Below are positions 22,593 to 30,012 of a stretch of 32,000 nucleotides of DNA, piece by piece. Under the pieces are notes generated by a model. It did not search any database. It worked only from the letters and a program-made list of their open reading frames with translations, and had not been told where the DNA came from. Source of the DNA: Polynucleobacter wuianus. Its GTDB lineage: Bacteria; Pseudomonadota; Gammaproteobacteria; Burkholderiales; Burkholderiaceae. Made by a program: the position numbers and the translations under genes. How positions within the stretch are numbered: position 1 is the stretch's first letter; every line of letters starts with the position of its first letter. The DNA is taken from positions 1,978,163 to 2,010,162 of the forward strand of contig NZ_CP015922.1 in the NCBI RefSeq assembly GCF_001659725.1. The letters run 5' to 3'.

Positions 22593-22870
22593 GGCGCCTT
22601 CTCCAGGGCAACTACTTCTAGCGCCCCATCACTGATTTTGACCTGAAAGCGTACCTGATCACCTGCTTTATAGCCCTTAAGATTTAACTTGGGCGCAGTA
22701 TCAAAAAGCATAGTCATAGCATCCATATCAATGCTTTGAATCCGCTCATGCTTAAGCACAATACGATGACGCTCAGGCTCTACTTTGACTATTTGCGCTT
22801 TGGTCCAATCAGGCGCCGCCCAAGACAGTGAAGTGATGAGAAATAAAATACCAAATACAAATTTTTTCAT
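22589..22870 (-). CDS. CusF-like periplasmic copper/silver-binding protein
   Basis: Signal peptide. The block VKVEPERHRIVLKHERIQSIDMDAMTMLF matches the CusF-type pattern (..ITIxHxxIxxLxWPAMTMxF). Confidence 0.7.
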   Translation of the reverse strand: MKKFVFGILFLITSLSWAAPDWTKAQIVKVEPERHRIVLKHERIQSIDMDAMTMLFDTAPKLNLKGYKAGDQVRFQVKISDGALEVVALEKAP

Positions 22871-22941
22871 GTTTCCCCCAAAGGAAAGTTAATTAGATAA
22901 ACAACTCCATCCAAATTTTGGACGGACTACTGCTAGGGGGA

Positions 22942-23292
22942 TTACAAAATGGGTGGCTTGATGGGTAGAGCTAAGAGTGCGCCATATACGAATAATGGCT
23001 CTTGCTGTGCAAATTGATACGAGAGTTGCTTAAAATTCATCGCTATGGATGGCAACGCAAATGCAAATGCCATACACAAGGAGCAGGCATTACAAGTGGG
23101 TTTGTCATGTTGCTCAGATTGAGGGTCTTGCTTGCTAGAGCTTTGCATCATCTCGCAATGACTGGCATCGCTATCAGCTATCATTTCCATGGAATGCGTT
23201 GGCTGAGCCATACTAAAACCCATACTCTCAGACGCAAAAGAGCGAATGGGCAATAGGACAACTAACAGGATAAGTAGGCAAACGCGAAGCAT
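22942..23292 (-). CDS. Exported His/Cys/Met-rich small protein (116 aa)
   Basis: Signal peptide, HSMEM, HCEMM and a CNACSLC cluster. First gene of the minus-strand metal operon. Confidence 0.5.
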   Translation of the reverse strand: MLRVCLLILLVVLLPIRSFASESMGFSMAQPTHSMEMIADSDASHCEMMQSSSKQDPQSEQHDKPTCNACSLCMAFAFALPSIAMNFKQLSYQFAQQEPLFVYGALLALPIKPPIL

Positions 23293-23351
23293 GTTGTGAT
23301 TCTAGCTACTTTTGTAAAAGCCTGCTTTCCCAATGGCACAAATGAAAAACG

Positions 23352-23474
23352 CTATTTTTTACTAAAAAAGAGATATTTCGTTAAAGCGGCAATTGAAAGG
23401 ACAAGGACAATCAAAACTAAGATTCCAATCAACCCCATTCCACCCATCATTGAGCCATCCATAAATTGATTCAT
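23352..23474 (-). CDS. Possible 40-aa membrane peptide (MNQFMDGSMMGGMG plus one transmembrane helix)
   Basis: My own translation. A GGAGGG Shine-Dalgarno sequence lies 6 nt upstream. Too short for the ORF track. Confidence 0.3.
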   Translation of the reverse strand: MNQFMDGSMMGGMGLIGILVLIVLVLSIAALTKYLFFSKK

Positions 23475-23578
23475 ATCACCCTCCATTAGGCTAAGCACCT
23501 AGTTTCATCCTATGCCTATCTAGGCAGCATGTCTAGGTTTCTATAAACTGAACTGCAACTTATCATTTAGAGGCTCAA

Positions 23579-23929
23579 ATGGCTTGGATCATTACTAAAT
23601 ATCTTCTAACCGCAGGAATGGTTGTATTCATTTCTGAGGTTGCCAAGAGAAGTGACAGATTGGGCGGATTTATTGCGGCATTGCCCGTAATGACTCTTTT
23701 AACTCTTTTAACTCTTTTATGGCTTTATTTAGAAAACCAGCCTGAAGAGAAGATAGCTAATCACGCTTATTACACCTTCTGGTATGTGATTCCAACATTG
23801 CCTATGTTTCTATTATTTCCATACTTACTTCCAAAGCTGGGGTTCTGGATAACCATGGGTGTATGCGTAGTGGTAACGGTTATTTGCTTTGGATTATTTG
23901 CCCTTGTGATGAAGGGTTTTGGGATCTAA
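23579..23929 (+). CDS. Small multi-pass membrane protein (116 aa, DUF3147-like from memory)
   Basis: Hydrophobic throughout. Contains an in-frame 9-bp x3 repeat. Confidence 0.6.
   Translation: MAWIITKYLLTAGMVVFISEVAKRSDRLGGFIAALPVMTLLTLLTLLWLYLENQPEEKIANHAYYTFWYVIPTLPMFLLFPYLLPKLGFWITMGVCVVVTVICFGLFALVMKGFGI
23694..23720 (+). repeat. Perfect tandem repeat (ACTCTTTTA)x3, in frame, encoding (TLL)x3
   Basis: Read directly from the sequence. Confidence 0.9.
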
Positions 23930-23948
23930 CTTCTCTGAGTAAGGGCCG

Positions 23949-24070
23949 TTACTGGCCGATTTGAGATTCCCAAAACAATAAATTAGCCTGATCTCAGCGT
24001 CTGCAGTTGGCCGCATAGTAACCATTCGACTGAACTAAGTCCCACTGGCGCTGTCCGACCCACAAGAGAC
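23949..24070 (+). repeat. Junction repeat Y2 (TTACTGGCCGATTTGAGAT ... GTCCGACCCACAAGAGAC)
   Basis: The head and tail match Y1, with extra internal sequence. Confidence 0.5.
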
Positions 24071-24199
24071 TGATGGTGGCCTGGGGCGGAATCAAACTAG
24101 GATCGAGGATGCCCAATCCAGTTGCCAAAATACCCTAAGCAGACCAACAAGCTATATTTGCACTTTTTTATTAAATGAGATCCATTCTCAATGATGTAT

Positions 24200-24218
24200 A
24201 TAATGAGAATCATTCTTA
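24200..24218. promoter_or_regulatory. Fur box (TATAATGAGAATCATTCTT)
   Basis: 15 of 19 matches to the consensus GATAATGATAATCATTATC, 21 nt upstream of the ATG at 24239. A weaker related element lies at about 24174-24194. Confidence 0.7.
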
Positions 24219-24238
24219 TTTGATAAAGATCTCATTTT

Positions 24239-24571
24239 ATGAAAAATACCGTTGCTTACACCCTATTTTGTCTAATGATTGGGGTTACTACCTTGGCAAG
24301 CGCTAACCCGTCAGAAATTACAATCAAGATTCAAAAGGGGCGCTTCTCACCCTCTCAAATTGAGATCCCCGCTGACACCAAAGTAAGACTGGTCATTCAG
24401 AACTTAGATGACACCCCAGAAGAATTTGAAAGTCACGACCTTAATCGTGAGGTGCTCATTAAAGCTAACGGCAGCGCCTCTTTTTATATTGGCCCACTCT
24501 CAACAGGACTCTACAAGTTCGAGGGTGAGTTTAGCCCTGAGACAGCTCAAGGCGTGGTGATTGTCAAATGA
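24239..24571 (+). CDS. Periplasmic cupredoxin-like protein (110 aa)
   Basis: Signal peptide. The pattern PSQIEIPADTKVRLVIQNLDDTPEEFESHDL is typical of cupredoxin-like domains linked to iron-uptake loci. Confidence 0.6.
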   Translation: MKNTVAYTLFCLMIGVTTLASANPSEITIKIQKGRFSPSQIEIPADTKVRLVIQNLDDTPEEFESHDLNREVLIKANGSASFYIGPLSTGLYKFEGEFSPETAQGVVIVK

Positions 24572-25335
24572 AATGGATTGTCTTTACCTTTCTTAAGTGG
24601 GTAGGAGTATCCATCTTTTTATTAACTGCCACAGTTACACATGCCGCCGAATATCTCAGTGGGCCCGCTGACTACATCTATAGTCCTAGAGTAGAAGAGG
24701 GAGAAAGAGAGATCGATACGAAGTTTGGAACCCAAACCCCAAGAACTGCTGGAGACCCAAGACAATCAGGCGCCTCCATTGGCTTTGGATATGGGGTGAC
24801 TTCTTGGTGGTTTACCGAGATCTATGGAAAAAATACTTGGGATGGTAATAACTCACAATTTGACGCTATCGAGTGGGAAAATAAATTCCAACTCACCGAA
24901 ACGGGGAAATATTTTGTAGATGTGGGATTCTTGCTTGAACTGGAGCGCCCACAAAATCGTAATGAGGGTTACGAAGCTAAGTACGGCTTTTTACTGCAAA
25001 AGGATTGGAATAAGTGGCAGGCAAACCTAAATCTACTCATGCAAGGTCATTACACTGGCACCGAAAATCAGGGCACCTATTTTGGCTACCAAGGGCAGTT
25101 AAAGTACCGATTACAACCCGAGCTTGAGCTGGGAGCGCAATTGTTTTCCTGGCTTGGGCAGCTTAATAGCTGGAATACCAATCAACAGCAGCAAACCAGT
25201 GTTGGTCCAGCCATATTTGGGAAAACCAAACTAGGACGAAAAGAGGCGCTTGTCTACAACTTTGCCTACCTTTGGGGAACAACTACGGCATCTCCAAAGA
25301 ACACAATTCGGATGCAGGTGGAGTATGAGTTCTAA
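24568..25335 (+). CDS. Putative outer-membrane beta-barrel protein (255 aa)
   Basis: Signal peptide (..VTHA/AE), a C-terminal ..VEYEF, and an ATGA overlap with the upstream gene. Confidence 0.55.
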   Translation: MKWIVFTFLKWVGVSIFLLTATVTHAAEYLSGPADYIYSPRVEEGEREIDTKFGTQTPRTAGDPRQSGASIGFGYGVTSWWFTEIYGKNTWDGNNSQFDAIEWENKFQLTETGKYFVDVGFLLELERPQNRNEGYEAKYGFLLQKDWNKWQANLNLLMQGHYTGTENQGTYFGYQGQLKYRLQPELELGAQLFSWLGQLNSWNTNQQQQTSVGPAIFGKTKLGRKEALVYNFAYLWGTTTASPKNTIRMQVEYEF

Positions 25336-25366
25336 TTTATTAAACCTATAAAGTTAATGGCGTCTC

Positions 25367-25378
25367 TTATTGGCCGAT
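25367..25378 (+). repeat. Junction repeat Y3 (head only, TTATTGGCCGAT)
   Basis: Matches the heads of Y1 and Y2. It lies immediately before palindrome P3. Confidence 0.4.
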
Positions 25379-25390
25379 AACGGACATATG

Positions 25391-25409
25391 ATGTCGTTTA
25401 AAACGGCAT
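25391..25409. repeat. Palindrome P3 (ATGTCGTTTAAAACGGCAT, degenerate)
   Basis: Same family as P1, P2, P4 and P5, with one arm mismatch. Confidence 0.6.
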
Positions 25410-25415
25410 TACAAA

Positions 25416-25589
25416 TCACGGCCCTTTATTGCGCCTATTTCTCTGCTCAAACTCAATAGCTTCTTCCAGTAAAGCCTTTCGGCGCTCTTCTGCTTTATGG
25501 CGCTTGATTAAGTCTTTTCCTGTAAGCACCTGTTGATCCTTAAGCAAGGACTCTAGCGTAGGCTTACTCTTCCCAGGGGAATCGTTCAC
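25416..25589 (-). CDS. Possible 57-aa ORF with a GTG start, overlapping the end of the 68-aa gene
   Basis: My own translation. GGAGGAG lies 7 nt upstream of the GTG. The product is rich in K/R/E (..KRHKAEERRKALLEEAIEFEQRNRRNKGP). Confidence 0.3.
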   Translation of the reverse strand: MNDSPGKSKPTLESLLKDQQVLTGKDLIKRHKAEERRKALLEEAIEFEQRNRRNKGP

Positions 25590-25770
25590 GGCTTAGCTCC
25601 TCCATGATTTCACGCTTGCTAGCGCCATTACGTCTATTTGTACTGTACTTTGCCCAATGCTCACGGTCGGCAATGATTTCAGCCCGATCCTTTTTGATGT
25701 TTTCAGCAAGCGAGGTTAGCTTTTCGGCCTTCACTTTGCCCACAAATTCTAGATTAGATTTATCAGTCAT
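25564..25770 (-). CDS. Hypothetical small protein (68 aa)
   Basis: ORF only. Confidence 0.45.
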   Translation of the reverse strand: MTDKSNLEFVGKVKAEKLTSLAENIKKDRAEIIADREHWAKYSTNRRNGASKREIMEELSRERFPWEE

Positions 25771-25784
25771 GAATAAATTCTAAT

Positions 25785-25801
25785 CGTCTAGTTTTTAGAC
25801 G
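25785..25801 (-). repeat. Hairpin H3 (CGTCTA-GTTTT-TAGACG; the minus strand reads GGAACGTCTAAAAACTAGACG)
   Basis: Arms and the GGAA flank are shared with H2. Confidence 0.5.
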
Positions 25802-25856
25802 TTCCGGAAAAATTGTAGACGAAATGTATAGGCGCAGATATTTGACCGCGTTTACC

Positions 25857-25954
25857 TAAAAGCGACGCTTCATTACACACCCATCAAATACCGCTATAAC
25901 TTATGGAAATACCTAGCGATTACATTAGTGCGACCTATTACCGCTCCGAGAGTC
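25857..25954 (+). repeat. Composite junction repeat (degenerate half-P + ATTACACAC..CAAATA.. spacer + X2 core)
   Basis: Collinear with 29905-30005. Confidence 0.55.
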
Positions 25955-25963
25955 TAAAAGAAA

Positions 25964-25981
25964 AACCGCCCGAAGGCGGCT
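25964..25981 (-). terminator. Rho-independent terminator (GCCGCC-TTCG-GGCGGT plus T-run on the minus strand)
   Basis: Lies downstream of the minus-strand gene that ends at 26003. Confidence 0.7.
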
Positions 25982-26002
25982 CAATTTAAGACAAATAAAC
26001 TC

Positions 26003-27538
26003 TTACAAGCCAACTGTATAGGTTGCCATGACAGTGGTTGTACCAACTGCCTGATACATCTCTTGGCGGTAGATACCGGTTACGCCTAAGCGTTGATTCT
26101 TTTCGATGTCATAGTAAGCACCTAAAGTTGCTGTTGCTCTGTTCTTGACTGGATTGGGATTGAAGTTCACTGGGGTTAATCCAGTAACACCAGTAGCTGA
26201 GTAAGTACCTGTATTGAAATTCGTATCACTCTCAATACCAGCGCTGGCAAATAAAGTGGTTTGAGCGATACCTTTATATCTCACGCCAACACCAGCTAGT
26301 GCTGTTGTAGCGTTAGTGTTGAGCGCTGAGTAAGTGAGTGGTGCTGTTACAGAACTGGTTGAAGCTTCTGTGTAACCACCCATATTGTTTTGGGTATAAC
26401 GAACACCAGCATATGGTGATACAACAATTTGATCAGCAAAGCCAAAGCCATACTTAGCTACTACTTGGGCGCCTTGACTGTTTAATTGGGATGAACCAGA
26501 ACCCGCTTCACTTGTTCCAACTACTTGTCTAGTGATCGTGGTGTTCTTTTGACCATAAGCAGCAGATACCTTAACTTCTGTACCGGTGCCATCTTGACGT
26601 TCATTCCAAGCACCGAATAGTCCAATGAGTGGTGTGTTGTTGCCAAGGTTTACTGTAGAACCCGCATTGTTTACGGATAAGTTCTGATCAGCATACGCAC
26701 CAATACGATAGTTTGGATGTGGACGATAAGCAGCAATCAGCAAGGCGCTAGTGTTATTCAAGCCATTTGCTGCCGAGACTGCTGTGTTACGACCACCAGC
26801 ACTTACGCAGACATTATTTGCACCAAACACATCGCAGTCATAAGCAAAACTATTAGCTAATACTGAGTTTTGGAGTGTGTAGATGTTTTGTAGAGCTGAT
26901 GCGGCATTAACTAAAGATTGTTGAGTATCGGCGGTGGAGGGGCCTGAAAATATTGAATAGATGAGATTATTAAATAGAACCCAATCGTAGGCAGGTCCAT
27001 AGCTGGACATATCAAGCGTAAAGTAACGGATGCCATCTAATTTGAACCCAATATACCCATAATTATGGTAGTTCAAATTCCCGTTTGAGTTCGTCGTTAT
27101 AGTACCTAAAAGTGCATTACTCGAGTTGTAAGCTTTAATGGTCAAAGGAACATCAGCACCGCCAAATTGAATCGCAAAACCGTTTACTTTTAATGCGGGT
27201 AAAAAAGTGAACTTCATTTGTTGTGCACTACCTGAGCCACCTCCGTCTCCGTTCGTCACTCCATTACTACCGAAAAGACTTTGAATATATATATTCCCAC
27301 TTGGACTATTAATGGATACATTTCCTAGGGAAAAGGGCTGAGTAAGAGGGGTATTTGAAGCGGTCGTACTTGAAAAATCAATCAATGTGTAAGAGCCACC
27401 GATCACACTAGTAGCCGTGGCAGGATCAGCTAGATTACCTGGGGCTGGGTTTGCATATTGAAGTATATCTGTCGCAGTAGCCTGACCGTTTAGAAAGAAA
27501 ACCAATGCAACCGAACTGGCGATTTTCTTTAATTTCAT
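26003..27538 (-). CDS. Autotransporter-like outer-membrane protein (511 aa)
   Basis: Signal peptide MKLKKIASSVALVFFLNGQATA, with the start set at 27538 (AAGGAA Shine-Dalgarno sequence). The passenger region is Gly/Ser/Asn/Thr-rich. The C-terminal roughly 270 aa have an alternating beta-barrel pattern. The terminal residue is Leu rather than the usual Phe or Trp. Confidence 0.6.
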   Translation of the reverse strand: MKLKKIASSVALVFFLNGQATATDILQYANPAPGNLADPATATSVIGGSYTLIDFSSTTASNTPLTQPFSLGNVSINSPSGNIYIQSLFGSNGVTNGDGGGSGSAQQMKFTFLPALKVNGFAIQFGGADVPLTIKAYNSSNALLGTITTNSNGNLNYHNYGYIGFKLDGIRYFTLDMSSYGPAYDWVLFNNLIYSIFSGPSTADTQQSLVNAASALQNIYTLQNSVLANSFAYDCDVFGANNVCVSAGGRNTAVSAANGLNNTSALLIAAYRPHPNYRIGAYADQNLSVNNAGSTVNLGNNTPLIGLFGAWNERQDGTGTEVKVSAAYGQKNTTITRQVVGTSEAGSGSSQLNSQGAQVVAKYGFGFADQIVVSPYAGVRYTQNNMGGYTEASTSSVTAPLTYSALNTNATTALAGVGVRYKGIAQTTLFASAGIESDTNFNTGTYSATGVTGLTPVNFNPNPVKNRATATLGAYYDIEKNQRLGVTGIYRQEMYQAVGTTTVMATYTVGL

Positions 27539-27808
27539 AAGATTTCCTTTGGAAAAATAAATTTCATTTTCATGAGCGCATATGTTGAACCAACATTGCA
27601 AACCATGGTTTTCAGCCATGCATCTTATGTGCTTGTTATAAATAAAAAAATGCCCCAAAAGACGATGTCCCGAAGTACCGTGTCTATAAGGACAGTGTCC
27701 TTAAGTACATATTCAGATGACTCATGGCGATTAGAGATATAAAAAGGTGATCTGGGATGCATGAACACATAAAATAAAAGTATTCACTGCCAGAAATAAT
27801 CATCTCTC

Positions 27809-29248
27809 ATGAATAGCTTTGTTTTAGTCCTAATCATTCCCACCCTGCTCACCATCGTATCGGCAAGCACTCTTTATTTTTCTTTCAAAGGAAAAGTAGA
27901 TACATCAGGTCGATATTTCTTGTTATCAGAATTTCTTTGGTTATTGACATTGCTATTTGTCATAGCATTAAATATTGAGCCCAGTCTTATAAGCACCCCA
28001 TCTTTTTTTACTCTGTCAGTTACCACCCTACTGTCCGAAGCGGCTATCCTACTAAGCATCAAAGCTTTGACCAAGAAAATTCAGATTCAAGAATTTATTC
28101 GCTGGACTGTCGCTATATTGGCTTACTGCGGCTTTATTGAATATGTGCGAGAAAGTTTCGGGGCTCCATTTCCATTACTCTTTTTCTCAACTTTTTCAAT
28201 CTGCGTTACCTCTTATACCTACCTTATCTGCAAACGGATTGATAGCAACGGCCTTGAATCTAATCTTTTTATCAAATGGATCACGTATACAGAGGTTGGT
28301 CTAACAGTAATTCATGTGTTGCGATTTACCAGTTTTTTCACAAACGCTGCTATGACACCATTTAACCCCCCTTCACTAGCTATTGTCTTTTTCTCAATTT
28401 GGTTTTCGGTTAGCTTAATTCGTTATTTTTCTTACCTTGCATTACGAGTCAGCTGGGTAGATCCTAGAACTGCTAATGAAAATCCTTTGAATCAAAATTT
28501 AGTCAAATTGACCAATGAAAAAGATCAATTCTTACGGGGCTTAATATCATCCAATAGAGCCTTGGGTATCAGCGCACTAGCAAATTCATTGGCACATCAA
28601 TTAAGCCAACCCATTACTGGCATCCTCTTACAAACTGAATCTGTTAAGTGCGATTTAGTCGATCTAGGCGGTCAGGAAAAATCGGTATCCGCACTAAATG
28701 CCGTGACTGATCAGCTAGAGAAGGTATCCGACCTAGTAACAAATTTGAGGAAACTATTTGGCGCTCAAGAACTTGAATTTAGACATTTCAATATTCAAGG
28801 CGCTTGCAATGAAGTGCTAGAAATTATCAAACCAACACTTCAATCAAAAAATATTTCCCTTGAGACAACCTATACAGACAACCCAAATGTTGTCGGCAAT
28901 TCAATCCAAATACAACAAGTGCTGATTAACATTTTCAATAATGCAATGGATGCCATTGAAAATGCTAGGGACCATCGCAGAAAGATAGATCTCACCATTT
29001 CTCAAAATCAATCCCTGGCAATCATAGCCATAAAAGATACTGGCAGTGGCATATCTAACAGTATCACACCATCTATGTTTGAGTTATATCAGAGCACAAA
29101 ACCTGAAGGTCTAGGCATTGGTTTGTGGCTTTGCAAAACGATTATTGATAAACACCATGGCAGCATTACCGCCCTAAATCTTCCAACAGGTGGGGCAATC
29201 ATTGAAATTCAAATACCAATATCTCAAGACTTAAATGAAAATAACTAA
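27809..29248 (+). CDS. Sensor histidine kinase with a multi-pass membrane N-terminal domain
   Basis: H-box LAHQLSQPITGI, N-box NIFNNAMDA, G1 DTGSGI, G2 GLGIGLWLC. About six or seven N-terminal transmembrane segments. Confidence 0.9.
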   Translation: MNSFVLVLIIPTLLTIVSASTLYFSFKGKVDTSGRYFLLSEFLWLLTLLFVIALNIEPSLISTPSFFTLSVTTLLSEAAILLSIKALTKKIQIQEFIRWTVAILAYCGFIEYVRESFGAPFPLLFFSTFSICVTSYTYLICKRIDSNGLESNLFIKWITYTEVGLTVIHVLRFTSFFTNAAMTPFNPPSLAIVFFSIWFSVSLIRYFSYLALRVSWVDPRTANENPLNQNLVKLTNEKDQFLRGLISSNRALGISALANSLAHQLSQPITGILLQTESVKCDLVDLGGQEKSVSALNAVTDQLEKVSDLVTNLRKLFGAQELEFRHFNIQGACNEVLEIIKPTLQSKNISLETTYTDNPNVVGNSIQIQQVLINIFNNAMDAIENARDHRRKIDLTISQNQSLAIIAIKDTGSGISNSITPSMFELYQSTKPEGLGIGLWLCKTIIDKHHGSITALNLPTGGAIIEIQIPISQDLNENN

Positions 29249-29251
29249 TCT

Positions 29252-29893
29252 ATGAAGAACTCCAAAGTAATTATTGTTGATGACGAGCCCATTGTTCGTT
29301 CTGGCTTAGAAAATTGGTTATCACGCAGCTTCAAAGTCATTAGTTTTGAATCTGCTGAGTCATTCTTAGATGCTTATAAGCAATTTGAATTTGAAGATGG
29401 GATACCTACCTGCATTTTGTTAGATTTTCAGATGCCTGGGATGAATGGCGTTGAACTACAAAAAAATTTGAGAGTAATGAACGTTGAATTTCCCATCATT
29501 TTTATGAGTGGCAATGCACAGCAATCGGACATTATTGATGCTTGGCGAGGGGGTGCTGTGGACTTTATTCTCAAGCCATTTACACCAACTCAAGTCAAAG
29601 ATGCATTAGTAAAGCAATTTAATGCTATTTCTCAATCTAGTATTAACCCATCACCCTCAGATGCCAAAGAACACATTCATATTCCAATTACTAAGCGTGA
29701 AGCGGAAGTTCTACTTCTTCTTGGCAGCGGTCAGCAACAGTCTGAAGTAGCGCAAGCACTAGGCATTTCACAGAGAACGGTAAAAATGTACCGATCAAAT
29801 TTAAGAGATAAGCTAGATCTCAATACTCTTGGCGAACTGATTAAATATTGTCAACAATACGAAAACTCAATTACAAAAATAACTGGTAAGTAA
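29252..29893 (+). CDS. Response regulator, LuxR/FixJ family
   Basis: Receiver domain (IIVDDE, LLDFQMPGMNG, LKPF) plus a C-terminal LuxR-type helix-turn-helix (ITKREAEVLLLL..QRTVKMYRSNL). Confidence 0.92.
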   Translation: MKNSKVIIVDDEPIVRSGLENWLSRSFKVISFESAESFLDAYKQFEFEDGIPTCILLDFQMPGMNGVELQKNLRVMNVEFPIIFMSGNAQQSDIIDAWRGGAVDFILKPFTPTQVKDALVKQFNAISQSSINPSPSDAKEHIHIPITKREAEVLLLLGSGQQQSEVAQALGISQRTVKMYRSNLRDKLDLNTLGELIKYCQQYENSITKITGK

Positions 29894-29904
29894 CTGATCT
29901 TCCA

Positions 29905-30005
29905 TGTCGTTTTAAACGACACTCTATTACACACTCACCAAAATAAGCACTACACCCTAGTATTGCCTGGGAAAATTATTAGTGCGATCTATTACTACTC
30001 CGAGA
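29905..30005 (+). repeat. Composite junction repeat: palindrome P4 (TGTCGTTTTAAACGACA) + spacer + X3 core (TTAGTGCGATCTATTACTACTCCGAGA)
   Basis: Collinear with 25857-25954. P4 is at 29905-29921 and X3 at 29979-30005. Confidence 0.65.
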
Positions 30006-30012
30006 TAAAAAT

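Noticed and set aside
27539-27658. N-terminal extension of the autotransporter-like ORF (track start 27658).
   Set aside because: The signal peptide begins at the internal Met (27538), which has an AAGGAA Shine-Dalgarno sequence. The upstream 40 codons are AT-rich promoter-like sequence.
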